Below the pieces are notes generated by a model, which was given only the letters and a program-made list of their open reading frames with translations, was not told the DNA's origin and searched no databases. The translations under genes and the position numbers were made by a program. From NCBI GenBank assembly GCA_025927955.1, contig JAICKK010000001.1:1-62415 (forward strand): 62,415 nucleotides of DNA, read 5' to 3'. This DNA comes from Nocardioidaceae bacterium. Lineage in GTDB: Bacteria; Actinomycetota; Actinomycetes; Propionibacteriales; Nocardioidaceae. The stretch's first letter is position 1; each line of letters starts with the position of its first letter. This document shows, piece by piece, positions 1-8,942 of this stretch.

Positions 1-8
1 ACCTGACC

Positions 9-326
9 GTGGTTTCGAGGGCTCGGCTAGCGCCTCGCCACCTCAACCAACGCGACGCCGGCTCGGGCGCGCCGCTGGTTGAGGTGCCCGAGCCCCCAGG
101 GCGAGGGCCTCGAAACCCATGGTGACCTTGGGCGCGGACCTGAGCGGTGGTTTCGAGGGCTCGGCTAGCGCCTCGCCACCTCAACCAACGCGACGCCGGC
201 CCGGGCGCGCCGCTGGTTGAGGTGCCCGAGCCCCCAGGGCGAGGGCCTCGAAACCATGGTGACCTCGAGCGCGAACCTGACCGTGGTTTCGAGGGCTCGG
301 CTAGCGCCTCGCCACCTCAACCAACG
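9..326. repeat. REP/BIME-like array of alternating inverted palindromic units, period ~137 bp; probably continues beyond the left edge
   Basis: GTGGTTTCGAGGGCTCGGCTAGCGCCTCGCCACCTCAACCAACG occurs at ~9, ~147 and ~283. The inverted relative CTGGTTGAGGTGCCCGAGCCCCCAGGGCGAGGGCCTCGAAACC occurs at ~75 and ~213. It lies just downstream of the MerR gene stop. Confidence 0.9.
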
Positions 327-337
327 ACGGGCGCGGA

Positions 338-937
338 TCAGGCGGTGGCGCGGGCCCGCCGGCGGGCGGCCAGCTCGTCGGCCGCATGAGTGTCGGCCTC
401 GTCGGCGGCGCGCTCGCTGGGGAGCTGGGCCAGCGAGCCCTCGATCTCGCGCCAGACGCCGCCGATCGCGATGCCGAAGACGCCCTGGCCGCCCTGCAGC
501 AGGTCGATGACCTCGTCGTTGCTGGTGCACTCGTAGACGCTGGCCCCGTCGCTCATCAAGGTGATCTGGGTGAGGTCCTCGGTGCCGCGCCGGCGCAGGT
601 GCTGGACAGCGGTGCGGATCTGCTGCAGGGAGATGCCCGCGTCCAGGAGCCGCTTGATCACCTTGAGCAGCAGGATGTCGCTGAAGGAGTAGAGCCGCTG
701 GGTGCCTGAGCCGGTGGCGCCGCGGACGCTGGGCTCGATCAGGCCGGTGCGTGCCCAGTAGTCCAGCTGTCGGTAGGTGATGCCCGCGGCGTTGCACGCG
801 GTGGGCCCGCGGTAGCCGGCGTCGCGCGGGAGCGGCGACACGTCGTCGTCGAACAGCAGACCCTGCTCGTCGGCGGCCGCACGGGCCGCCGCCTGGTCGG
901 CTCCGTCGTGGGTCGCCACGTCGTCGTTGCCTGTCAC
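338..937 (-). CDS. MerR-family transcriptional regulator (Rv1830-like)
   Basis: GYRGPTACNAAGITYRQLDYWART...GSGTQRLYSF HTH; conserved position after the DUF151 gene; start (GTG 937) uncertain. Confidence 0.9.
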   Translation of the reverse strand: MTGNDDVATHDGADQAAARAAADEQGLLFDDDVSPLPRDAGYRGPTACNAAGITYRQLDYWARTGLIEPSVRGATGSGTQRLYSFSDILLLKVIKRLLDAGISLQQIRTAVQHLRRRGTEDLTQITLMSDGASVYECTSNDEVIDLLQGGQGVFGIAIGGVWREIEGSLAQLPSERAADEADTHAADELAARRRARATA

Positions 938-1116
938 CGTTGACCTCGTCTCGTCAGCTTCGCTCTGCGTGTCGCTCCCTGGGAAGCCGCCCTCTCGGAG
1001 GAACCGCCGGAGCGGACCGGAGAACAACGGTGGAGTTACAGCGAAGACACTCCTCACCGTAGGGCCCCGCTCCGGGGTGGTCAACGACTCGGGGCCATCC
1101 GCACCGGCGTGTCGTC

Positions 1117-1139
1117 ACCCTCAACCTGAGGTTGAGGGT
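1117..1139. promoter_or_regulatory. Perfect inverted repeat, candidate MerR-type operator upstream of the Rv1830-like gene
   Basis: ACCCTCAACC-TGA-GGTTGAGGGT. Confidence 0.55.
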
Positions 1140-1145
1140 TCGCGC

Positions 1146-1613
1146 TCAACGGGACTCGAAGTCCTCCGGGGAGACGTGGTCGAGGAACTCCCGGAACTTC
1201 TCCACCTCGTCCTCCTGCTCGTCGGGCACCTGGAGCCCGGCCTCGTCGAGCACCTCCTCCGCGCACACGATCTTGCTGCCGGTGCGCAGCGCGAGCGCGA
1301 TCGAGTCCGAGGGTCGCGCACTCACCTCGACACCGGACCCGAAGACCAGCACGGCGTAGAAGATGCCGTCCTTCATCTCGGTGATCCGGACCTCGTCGAG
1401 GTCGTTGCCGGTGGCCGCGAGCAGGTCCTTGATCAGGTCGTGGGTCAGCGGCCGTGGCGGCACGACGCCCTGCTGCGCGAACGCGATCGCGGTGGCCTCG
1501 ACGGCGCCGATCCAGATCGGCAGGTAGCGGTCGCCGCCGACCTCGCGCAGCAGCACGATGGGCTGGTTGGACGGCATCTCGACCCGGACACCGATGACGT
1601 CGACTTCGCGCAC
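1146..1613 (-). CDS. Bifunctional nuclease family protein (DUF151, Rv1829-like)
   Basis: LPIWIG..EA, RPLTHDL and ARPSDSIALALR motifs. Confidence 0.93.
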   Translation of the reverse strand: MREVDVIGVRVEMPSNQPIVLLREVGGDRYLPIWIGAVEATAIAFAQQGVVPPRPLTHDLIKDLLAATGNDLDEVRITEMKDGIFYAVLVFGSGVEVSARPSDSIALALRTGSKIVCAEEVLDEAGLQVPDEQEDEVEKFREFLDHVSPEDFESR

Positions 1614-1677
1614 ACGCTCACCCTACCCCCGGCCGGGAAGCGCGCAGGGCCGTGCAGGGCTTGGAGAAACCGGGCTC

Positions 1678-2427
1678 TCAGGCGCGCAGCGCGGCCTTCA
1701 CCAGCGTCGCGTGCAGCCGCACGGACAGGGCCGCCATCTGGCTGATGGCCTCCTCCGCGCGCGCGGAGGCACCGGCGTCGCGGCCTCGTCGCATCGGGGA
1801 GACGACCTGCTCCACCAGGCCCACCTCGCGGTCGGCCGCGGTCTTGAACGCGCGCAGGTGCCGGGGCTCCAGCCCGAAGGCGGCCAGCTCCCCGGCGGTC
1901 TTGGCGATGACGAGAGCCTCCCCGTCGTACGGCGCCGAGCGGTGCGCCGAGCCCGCCCGCGACCGGACCAGGCCGTAGGCCTCGAGCTGCTCGAGCAGCG
2001 GGTCCTCGATCTGCGCCGCGCTCAGCAGCTCGGCCCGGGACAGGCGCAGCGCGCCACCACCGCTCTCGGCCGCGAAGGTCTCCGGCGCCGGGTAGCCGTC
2101 ACCGTCCAGCACCACCCTGGGCACCTGGGGGCCCTGGGCGCCGGTCAGGGCCGGTGGCTCGAGACCGCGGTCGATGGCGTCGAGATGCTCGCGGATGACC
2201 TTCAGCGGCAGGTAGTGCTCGCGCTGGCAGGTGAGGACGTACCGCAGCCGGTCCACGTCGGACCGGGAGAACTTGCGGTAGCCCGAGGGCGTGCGCTCGG
2301 GCTCGATGAGCCCCTCGGACTCCAGGAACCGGATCTTGGAGATGTTCAGCCCGGGGAAGTCGGCGCGCAGCTGCGCCAGCACCTCCCCGATGCTCAGCCG
2401 TGCCCGCGTCGATGCGGACTGGCGCAC
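1678..2427 (-). CDS. ftsR: MerR-family regulator FtsR (Rv1828-like)
   Basis: LSIGEVL...ISKIRFLESEGLIEPERTPSGYRKF...YLPLKVI; directly after garA; start re-picked at GTG 2427. Confidence 0.88.
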   Translation of the reverse strand: MRQSASTRARLSIGEVLAQLRADFPGLNISKIRFLESEGLIEPERTPSGYRKFSRSDVDRLRYVLTCQREHYLPLKVIREHLDAIDRGLEPPALTGAQGPQVPRVVLDGDGYPAPETFAAESGGGALRLSRAELLSAAQIEDPLLEQLEAYGLVRSRAGSAHRSAPYDGEALVIAKTAGELAAFGLEPRHLRAFKTAADREVGLVEQVVSPMRRGRDAGASARAEEAISQMAALSVRLHATLVKAALRA

Positions 2428-2429
2428 GG

Positions 2430-2969
2430 TCAGCGTCCCGCCCCGGCGGTGCTGGCGAAGTAGACCAGGCGGTACTTGCCGATCTGCACCTCGTCGCCGC
2501 CTTGCAGGGCGACCTCGTCGATGCGGTCGCGGTTGACGTAGGTGCCGTTGAGGCTGCCCACGTCCGCGACGGTGAACCCGTCGGCCGTGCGGCGGAACTC
2601 GGCGTGCCGCCGCGAGACCGTGACGTCGTCGAGGAAGATCTCGCTGTCGGGGTGGCGGCCCGCGGACACCACGTCGGTGTCGAGCAGGAACCGGCTGCCC
2701 GCGCTCGGGCCACGCTGCACCACGAGCAGCGCGCTGCCCGCGGGCAGCGCGTCCACCGCGGCCGCGTCGGACTCGCTGAGCGAGCGCTCGTCGCGGTGCT
2801 CGCCCTCCCGGTCCTGCTTGGCCGGTGCACCGAAGGTGATCGTCGCGGTGGTCTCGCCGGGGTTGTCCCCCGTGGCCGCGCCGGGCGCCGCCTCGAGACG
2901 CGTCCCGCACTGCGAGCAGAATCGTGCCCCGTCGGGGTTCTGGTGCCCGCACTGCGTGCAGAACGGCAT
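2430..2969 (-). CDS. garA: FHA-domain protein GarA/OdhI with N-terminal zinc ribbon
   Basis: CTQC..CSQC ribbon, ETT phospho-motif, FHA GRHPDSEIFLDDVTVSRRHA...SLNGT. Confidence 0.92.
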   Translation of the reverse strand: MPFCTQCGHQNPDGARFCSQCGTRLEAAPGAATGDNPGETTATITFGAPAKQDREGEHRDERSLSESDAAAVDALPAGSALLVVQRGPSAGSRFLLDTDVVSAGRHPDSEIFLDDVTVSRRHAEFRRTADGFTVADVGSLNGTYVNRDRIDEVALQGGDEVQIGKYRLVYFASTAGAGR

Positions 2970-3010
2970 GGTGGCCTCCCGGCTGCTGTGGTCTGGATCG
3001 CCAGCGTCAC

Positions 3011-3039
3011 ACCCTCAACCCATAGTCGAGGTTGACGGT
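3011..3039. promoter_or_regulatory. Imperfect inverted repeat upstream of garA, candidate FtsR/MerR-type operator
   Basis: ACCCTCAACC-CATAGTCGA-GGTTGACGGT; same arms as the 1117-1139 palindrome. Confidence 0.5.
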
Positions 3040-3080
3040 TGCTGGGTCGAACCTACCAGTGCGGTCCGCCGCGGCAAGTC

Positions 3081-3467
3081 TCAGGACTCGACGCTGGCCC
3101 GGTAGGAGTCGGCGTCCATCAGGTCCTCGACCGCCGACGGGTCGGCGGGCACCAGCTCGAACAGCCAGCCCCCGCCGTACGGGTCGGAGTTGACGAGCTC
3201 CGGGGTCCCCTCGAGGGTGTCGTTGACGGCCACGACCTTGCCCGCGACGGGCGCGTAGACGTCGCTGACCGACTTGGTCGACTCCAGCTCCCCGACGGGC
3301 GTGCCGGGGGCGACGTCGGCGCCCACCTCGGGCAGGGAGATGTAGACGATGTCACCGAGGGCGTCCTGCGCGTAGTCGGTGATGCCGATGCGCACGGAGG
3401 ACTCGGTCTCACCGGGGGTGCGCACCCATTCGTGCTCGCTGGTGTACAACAGGTCGTCGGGGAACAC
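3081..3467 (-). CDS. gcvH: Glycine cleavage system H protein
   Basis: YTSEHEWV, GITDYAQDALGD, lipoyl-lysine ESTKSVS, NSDPYGGGWL. Confidence 0.97.
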   Translation of the reverse strand: MFPDDLLYTSEHEWVRTPGETESSVRIGITDYAQDALGDIVYISLPEVGADVAPGTPVGELESTKSVSDVYAPVAGKVVAVNDTLEGTPELVNSDPYGGGWLFELVPADPSAVEDLMDADSYRASVES

Positions 3468-3540
3468 GGCGCTCCTCTGTCCGGGGGGTGGCCGCGAGGG
3501 CTCCGGCGGGGTCCGTCGCGGGCGGCTGCTGCCGGGCAGG

Positions 3541-4341
3541 CTACCGCGTGCCGGCCGGCTGGGCGTACTTCGGCGGCTCCGGTCGGATGGTGCTCGAGAC
3601 CTCGACGGAGCCCAGCTCCTTGACGCTCACCTTTCCCCCGACGCCCTCCACCTCGTCGGCGAAGCCGCGGGCGAACTGCAGGCCGGTCGCCAGCGTGTGC
3701 GGGTCGCCGATCGCGTCGATCACGTAGGGCGGCTCGAGGACGGTGCCGTCGACGAGGATGCCCGAGCCCGCACGGTCCTGAAGGAAGGTCTGGGCCACCA
3801 CCCGCACCTGGTCGTTGAGCTCGATCGCCTCCGCGCCGGCGTCGCGAAGCTCCTGGAGACCGTCGAGCAGCTGGTTGGTGCCCACCCCGTGGCGGGTGTC
3901 GGTGATCGTGACCCTCACCCCCGGGCCGACCGCGGGCAGCGTGCCGGCCAGGATCCCGAGCGTGGCGGCCTGCTCCTGTGCCCGGTCGATGGCGGTACGA
4001 CGGGCCTCGGTGTCGTTGCCGAGCGCGTCGCGGGTGCTCTGGAGCTGCGCGATCTCGGTCTCGGTCCGCTGGGAGGCCAGGGACAGGTTGTTGATCAGCT
4101 GCACGAGGTCGCCCTGGCGGGCCCCGACGTAGTTGTCGTCGCGCCCGTTCGCGCGCACCTGCGTCACGGCGGCGAACCCGAGCGCCGCGAGCAGCACCGC
4201 CGCGACGACCTGGCCGCGCGAGCCGGGCCGGCGCAGCGCCCCCAGCAGCCGCGCCCGGCCGTCGGTCGCACGCTCGGGCGCGGGGTCCGACACGGGGTCG
4301 GGCCCGGGTGCGCGCGCCGGGCCCGTCTCGGGGTCAGGCAT
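3541..4341 (-). CDS. DUF881 family membrane-anchored protein
   Basis: TM + coiled coil + GPGVRVTI, ELRDAGAEAI, PYVIDAIGD. Confidence 0.9.
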   Translation of the reverse strand: MPDPETGPARAPGPDPVSDPAPERATDGRARLLGALRRPGSRGQVVAAVLLAALGFAAVTQVRANGRDDNYVGARQGDLVQLINNLSLASQRTETEIAQLQSTRDALGNDTEARRTAIDRAQEQAATLGILAGTLPAVGPGVRVTITDTRHGVGTNQLLDGLQELRDAGAEAIELNDQVRVVAQTFLQDRAGSGILVDGTVLEPPYVIDAIGDPHTLATGLQFARGFADEVEGVGGKVSVKELGSVEVSSTIRPEPPKYAQPAGTR

Positions 4342-4666
4342 GGAACAGGTGGCGGCGGATGGCCGCGACGTTGGAGAAGATCCGGATCCCGAGCACGACG
4401 ATCACGCCCGTGGACAGCTGCCCCCCGACGCCGAGCTTGTCCCCGAGATAGACGATCACCGCCGCGATCAGCACGTTGGAGACGAACGAGACGACGAACA
4501 CCTTGTCGTCGAAGATGCCGTCGAGGAAGGCCCGCAGCGCTCCGAAGACGGCGTCGAGCGCAGCCACGACCGCGATGGGGAGGTACGGGTCGAGCCACAC
4601 CGGCACCGTCGGCTGGAGGAGCAGCCCGAGCAGGACCCCGAGGAGCAGACCGACAGCGGCGATCAT
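4334..4666 (-). CDS. Small basic protein family (Sbp/DUF1290)
   Basis: YLPIAVVAALDAVFG...GIRIFSNVAAIRR; sits between two DUF881 genes. Confidence 0.92.
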   Translation of the reverse strand: MIAAVGLLLGVLLGLLLQPTVPVWLDPYLPIAVVAALDAVFGALRAFLDGIFDDKVFVVSFVSNVLIAAVIVYLGDKLGVGGQLSTGVIVVLGIRIFSNVAAIRRHLFHA

Positions 4667-5574
4667 CCGGTCCCTCGGTCGGCCGGCCCGCCCTGCGGGA
4701 GGTCACCGCGCAGGCGGGGTGGCAGGTGCGCCGAGCGCAGGGAGGGCGCCTTCGCGGCGGGTAGCACCATGGATTCCTTGGTCTCGACGTCGAACTGCAG
4801 GCCAAAGGTGGATTGTAGGGTCACCCAGGCCCGGCCCCCGGCGGTGTCGAGCAGGTCCGCACCCATCGTGTCGCGGTTGCCGATCGCCGAGACCCGGTAG
4901 GGCCGGCGCAGGGAGCTGAACCCGACCGTGATCGCGTCGGCGGCGTCGCGGATCGGGCTGAGCGAGGTGAGCCGCTGGCCGTTGATGGCGATCGCCTCCG
5001 CGCCCACCTGCCACAGACCGTTGACCAGCTTCACCAGGTCGGTGGCCTGCACCTGCTGCTGGTACGAGCGCGCTCCGCGGGCGTCGTCGACGACGACCTG
5101 GATCCCCGGCCCCTTGGCCGGCAGGGTGCCGGCGGCCAGGCCGAGCCGGGTCAGGCGCTGCTGCAGCGACCGGCCGGCCCGGGTGGCCTGCAGGTCGCGC
5201 TTCTGCGCGGTGGCGACCTCCGCCTGTAGCCGCTGCAGCTGCGCTCGTTCGCCGTCGAGCACCTTCTTGCGGTTGTTCAGCTGCTTGATCAGCGAGGCTC
5301 GCGAGGTGGCGGACTCGTCGGCGCTGCGCGCCGTCTGGATGCCGGCGGTGGCGACCAGCAGGCCGAACGCCAGCAGCACGGCGAGCGCGGCTCGACCGGG
5401 TCGTCCGGACGTGCCCGAGCGCTCTCCCGCGGCGGCGTGGCGCCGCGACGCCTGTGCGTAGTCCTCGTCCAGCGAGGTGGCGGTGATGTGGTCGAGCAGC
5501 CCGACCCTCGCCTGTGGCGCGGGCCCGGGCGCGGGCGGACGGGGTCGCCGGCGGCGACCAGGCTCAGCGGCCAT
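4663..5574 (-). CDS. DUF881 family membrane-anchored protein
   Basis: GPGIQVVVDD, VNGLWQVGAEAIAINGQRL, PYRVSAIG. Confidence 0.9.
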   Translation of the reverse strand: MAAEPGRRRRPRPPAPGPAPQARVGLLDHITATSLDEDYAQASRRHAAAGERSGTSGRPGRAALAVLLAFGLLVATAGIQTARSADESATSRASLIKQLNNRKKVLDGERAQLQRLQAEVATAQKRDLQATRAGRSLQQRLTRLGLAAGTLPAKGPGIQVVVDDARGARSYQQQVQATDLVKLVNGLWQVGAEAIAINGQRLTSLSPIRDAADAITVGFSSLRRPYRVSAIGNRDTMGADLLDTAGGRAWVTLQSTFGLQFDVETKESMVLPAAKAPSLRSAHLPPRLRGDLPQGGPADRGTG

Positions 5575-6181
5575 CGAGCACCGGTGCCCGCCGGTCGCGG
5601 TCGGTCATCAGCTTGCGGACCTGCCAGGCGTAGAGCAGGCCGGCCCACCAGTACAGGCCGATGCCCCACAGCGCGAACGCCCAGCCGACCACCTTCGCCA
5701 CCAGCGCGAAGGAGCCGTCGCCGTCCCCGAGCAGCAGCAGGGGGAAGGCGTACAGGAGGTTCGCGGTCGCCGCCTTCCCCAGGAAGTGCACCGGCAGGGA
5801 GCTGTACCCACGGGTGCGCAGGAACGGGACCAGGCACCACAAGAACGCGTCCCGGGCGGGCAGGATGACCGCGACCCACCAGGGGACGATGCCGCGCGCG
5901 GCCAGGCCGACGACGGTGGAGAGGATGTAGAGCCGGTCGGCGACCGGGTCGAGGATCTCGCCGACCTTGGAGGTCTGGTGCAGCCTCCGCGCGAGGTAGC
6001 CGTCCGCGTAGTCGCTGATCCCGGAGACGAAGAGGACCGCGAGGGCCCAGCCGTCCGCCTCGGGGACGAGGATGAGCCAGAGGAACAGCGGAACGCCCGC
6101 GAGCCGGATGATCGAGATGACGTTCGGGATGGTCAGAACCCGGTGGCTGACCACCGTGTCGTCCTGCTTCTCCACCGGCAT
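5564..6181 (-). CDS. CDP-alcohol phosphatidyltransferase (PgsA2-like)
   Basis: TIPNVISIIR; DYADGYLAR...GEILDPVAD signature. Confidence 0.93.
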   Translation of the reverse strand: MPVEKQDDTVVSHRVLTIPNVISIIRLAGVPLFLWLILVPEADGWALAVLFVSGISDYADGYLARRLHQTSKVGEILDPVADRLYILSTVVGLAARGIVPWWVAVILPARDAFLWCLVPFLRTRGYSSLPVHFLGKAATANLLYAFPLLLLGDGDGSFALVAKVVGWAFALWGIGLYWWAGLLYAWQVRKLMTDRDRRAPVLDGR

Positions 6182-6280
6182 CCCTCGCTCGACGAGCGCG
6201 TTCGATGCCTCGTACCCTAGCCGCGCCGCCGAACGCGGACCCGTGAACAGGTCGTGGCCGGGGCGGGGCCGGGGGCGTGC

Positions 6281-6454
6281 CTAGGCCCTGCTGACCGCCC
6301 GCCCGCAGCGCGGGCAGTGTGCGCGCGCGCTGACGTCGAGCTGCTGGCCGCAGCGGCAGTCCGTCGAGTGGCTGCGACGGGCGCGCTTGGCGGTGGTCGT
6401 GCCTGTGCCGGCGTCGTTGCCGGTCTTGGCCTCCGTGCGTGTCACGAGTCTCAT
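6281..6454 (-). CDS. Small hypothetical protein with Cys ribbon (CxC...CxxC)
   Basis: GGGGAG directly before ATG 6454; 57 aa containing CRCGQ..HCPRCG. Confidence 0.55.
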   Translation of the reverse strand: MRLVTRTEAKTGNDAGTGTTTAKRARRSHSTDCRCGQQLDVSARAHCPRCGRAVSRA

Positions 6455-6628
6455 CTCCCCAATAGGTCCTCGTTGTGACAAGGAAACTCCCCAGCGGCGC
6501 GAACGTGACGGAGAAACTCCGGTGATGGTCCGAACTGACTACCGGGTCTGGCCCTACAGCCCCTCGGCGCAGCCACACGCCGCGCGGCTGCTGGGCGAGG
6601 GGGGTGCGGACCGGTAGCGTCGTCGTCT

Positions 6629-8074
6629 GTGAGCGGCCCCGAACCAGACCCGGCGGACGACCTCCTCCGTCGGTTCCATGATGCCGTCTCCGGCAGCGAG
6701 CTGGACGACCTGCGCGAGCTTGCCGGGAGGCTGCTCACCCGGGGCCAGTCACCGCCCGCGTCCCGGCCGGTACGGCGCCGGCCGCCGCGCGCGCGCCCCG
6801 CGACGTACCGGATCCGCGTCGACCTCGAGGACGCCAGCCCTCCCATCTGGCGCCGGCTGGACGTCCGGTGCGACCTCCGGCTCGACAGCCTCCACCAGGT
6901 GCTGCAGGCGGCGTTCGGCTGGAGCGACTCGCACCTGCACAGGTTCGCCCTCGGCGACGGCGTCTTCGACCGGGACGCGGAGCTGTTCTTGTGCCCCTAC
7001 GACGTGGAGGAGGGCGACGACCACGGCGTGCCGGACAGGTCGGTGCGCCTGGACGAGACGCTGGTGGACCCGGGCGACGTGCTGCGCTACTGCTACGACT
7101 ACGGCGACTCATGGGACCTGGTCATCACCTTGGAGGAGGTGCGCCCGCTCGAGGAGGCCGCGCCGCTCGCGATCTGCGTCGCGGGCGACCGGGCGGGGCC
7201 GCCGGAGGACTGCGGCGGCCTGCGGGACGGGATCGACCTCGAGGAGGTGCTCGAGGACCCCGCTCGACTCGACCTCGAGGAGGTCAACCAGGCGCTCGTC
7301 GACCCGTTCGTCCTGCTCCGGGAGAGCGGGGTGCACGACGAGCTGGTCGACCTGGTGACCCGGCTGCGCGGCAGCAGGATCGGTGAGGCCATGGTGATCC
7401 GGCTGCTCACCCTGCTCAACGACCGTCCCGTCCGGACGGGGCCCGAGGAGCGCGCCTCGGTGCTGGCGCCCATGCTGTGGTTCCTGGACCGGGTCGGCGA
7501 GGACGGCCTCGCGCTGACCTCGGCCGGCTACCTCCGCCCGGTGGACGTCTCGGCGGCCGCCCACGTCGTCCCCGGCGGCGCCCGATGGGTCGGGAGGGCC
7601 AACCGCGAGGCGCACACCTACCCCGTCCTCCGGTTCCGCGAGTCGCTCCAGGGCATGGGGCTGGTGCGCAAGCACCGCGGCCGGCTCCAGCTCACGAAGG
7701 CGGGGCAGCGCGCCCGCGGGAACCCCGCGCAGCTGTGGGGCTACCTCGCCGGCCGGCTGCCGCTCGGCAGGCCGGGCAGCGTCGAGAACCATGCCGGCTG
7801 GCTCTCGCTGCTGCTCGCGGCGACCTCGGCCGACGGCGTGGTGTCCGCACCCGAGGTGGCCGAGGCGCTCACCGAGTTCGGCTGGCGCGACGGGCGGGAC
7901 CGGCGTGAGCCCCGTGACGTGGTCAGCGAGTACTCCGCGCGGTGGGTGGCCTCGGGGACCCTCGAGGTGCTGGAGAGCCTCGGGCGCGAGCCTCGCCGGG
8001 CCTCCGCGTCCAGGGCGCTCTCCCCCGAGGCCGCCGACCTGGCCGCCGACACGATCCTCGGCCCCCAGGGGTAG
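6629..8074 (+). CDS. Plasmid pRiA4b ORF-3-like family protein with C-terminal extension
   Basis: PPIWRRLDV, LHQVLQAAFGW..SHLH.F, YCYDYGDSW, PPEDCGG. Confidence 0.88.
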   Translation: MSGPEPDPADDLLRRFHDAVSGSELDDLRELAGRLLTRGQSPPASRPVRRRPPRARPATYRIRVDLEDASPPIWRRLDVRCDLRLDSLHQVLQAAFGWSDSHLHRFALGDGVFDRDAELFLCPYDVEEGDDHGVPDRSVRLDETLVDPGDVLRYCYDYGDSWDLVITLEEVRPLEEAAPLAICVAGDRAGPPEDCGGLRDGIDLEEVLEDPARLDLEEVNQALVDPFVLLRESGVHDELVDLVTRLRGSRIGEAMVIRLLTLLNDRPVRTGPEERASVLAPMLWFLDRVGEDGLALTSAGYLRPVDVSAAAHVVPGGARWVGRANREAHTYPVLRFRESLQGMGLVRKHRGRLQLTKAGQRARGNPAQLWGYLAGRLPLGRPGSVENHAGWLSLLLAATSADGVVSAPEVAEALTEFGWRDGRDRREPRDVVSEYSARWVASGTLEVLESLGREPRRASASRALSPEAADLAADTILGPQG

Positions 8075-8099
8075 GCCAGGGGCTGGGCCGGGGCCGCGC

Positions 8100-8942
8100 T
8101 CACACGCTGCGGCGCACGACGACCGCCTTGTGGTCGGAGTCGCTGTCGAGCAGCACCACGGACTCCGCGGGACCGGGGCCGTGCACGTCATCGATCTTCC
8201 GTCGCCGACCCAGCGTCCCCGGTTCGCGCTCTCGGCCCTCCCACGCGGAGGTCAGGCCGCCGATGCGCAGCCCGTCGAGGTTCGAGTCCCCGGCCGCGAA
8301 GACCATGTCGCCGGCGGCCAGGCGGTCGCCGACGAGACGCTCGAGCGCGCCGACCTCGCGCCGGTGCCGGCGCACGAGCCGGGGCCGGTCGACGCGGTAG
8401 CGCCCGCGGGCCTGGACGCCCGGAGCCAGGTGGTAGTCGACCAGGCTGACCCGTCGCCCCGTGGCCCGCTCGCGGTAGACCGCGACCGTGGCCACCCTCG
8501 GCGGCTCGACGCCCAGCCACCGGTCCGGGTGGTCCGCACGCCCCGGTGCGCTCAGCATCCGTGAGCGGCACCAGACCAGCTCGTAGCGGTCGGCCCGGGC
8601 GCCCACGGCGCAGCCGCCCACCGGGGGGCTGTTCCACAGGTAGCCGGTCGCCGGCTCCTGCGCACGAGGGCGCGGCCGTCGCCCCGGCTGCGGCACCACA
8701 CCCACGTCGCCGCTCTCGCGCAGCAGCCGCCACCGGGACAGGTGCCACTCCTGGAGGGCCACCAGGTCGGGCTGCTGCTCGAGGACGCCGGCCAGGGCCC
8801 GGCGTGCGCTGCCGGCCCGCAGCGTGTAGAGGACGTTCGCCGTGGCGACGACCACGTGCGAGGACACCTGCGGGGTCACCGTCGTGGCTCCTTCATGCGC
8901 CGACAGTAGGCGGCGGAGCCCACCGGGCCCACCGCGGCTCAC
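8100..8942 (-). CDS. Endonuclease/exonuclease/phosphatase family protein
   Basis: ATANV, DLVALQE, AGDSN, IDDV, SDH; start overlaps the stop of the RibD-like gene. Confidence 0.8.
   Translation of the reverse strand: MSRGGPGGLRRLLSAHEGATTVTPQVSSHVVVATANVLYTLRAGSARRALAGVLEQQPDLVALQEWHLSRWRLLRESGDVGVVPQPGRRPRPRAQEPATGYLWNSPPVGGCAVGARADRYELVWCRSRMLSAPGRADHPDRWLGVEPPRVATVAVYRERATGRRVSLVDYHLAPGVQARGRYRVDRPRLVRRHRREVGALERLVGDRLAAGDMVFAAGDSNLDGLRIGGLTSAWEGREREPGTLGRRRKIDDVHGPGPAESVVLLDSDSDHKAVVVRRSV

Noticed and set aside
9-326. Possible CRISPR array
   Set aside because: The intervening segments are near-identical and the units alternate in orientation. There are no unique spacers and no cas genes.
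6629-8074. pRiA4b ORF-3 gene as evidence of a plasmid or mobile element
   Set aside because: The family is commonly chromosomal, and no transposase, integrase or terminal repeats are nearby.
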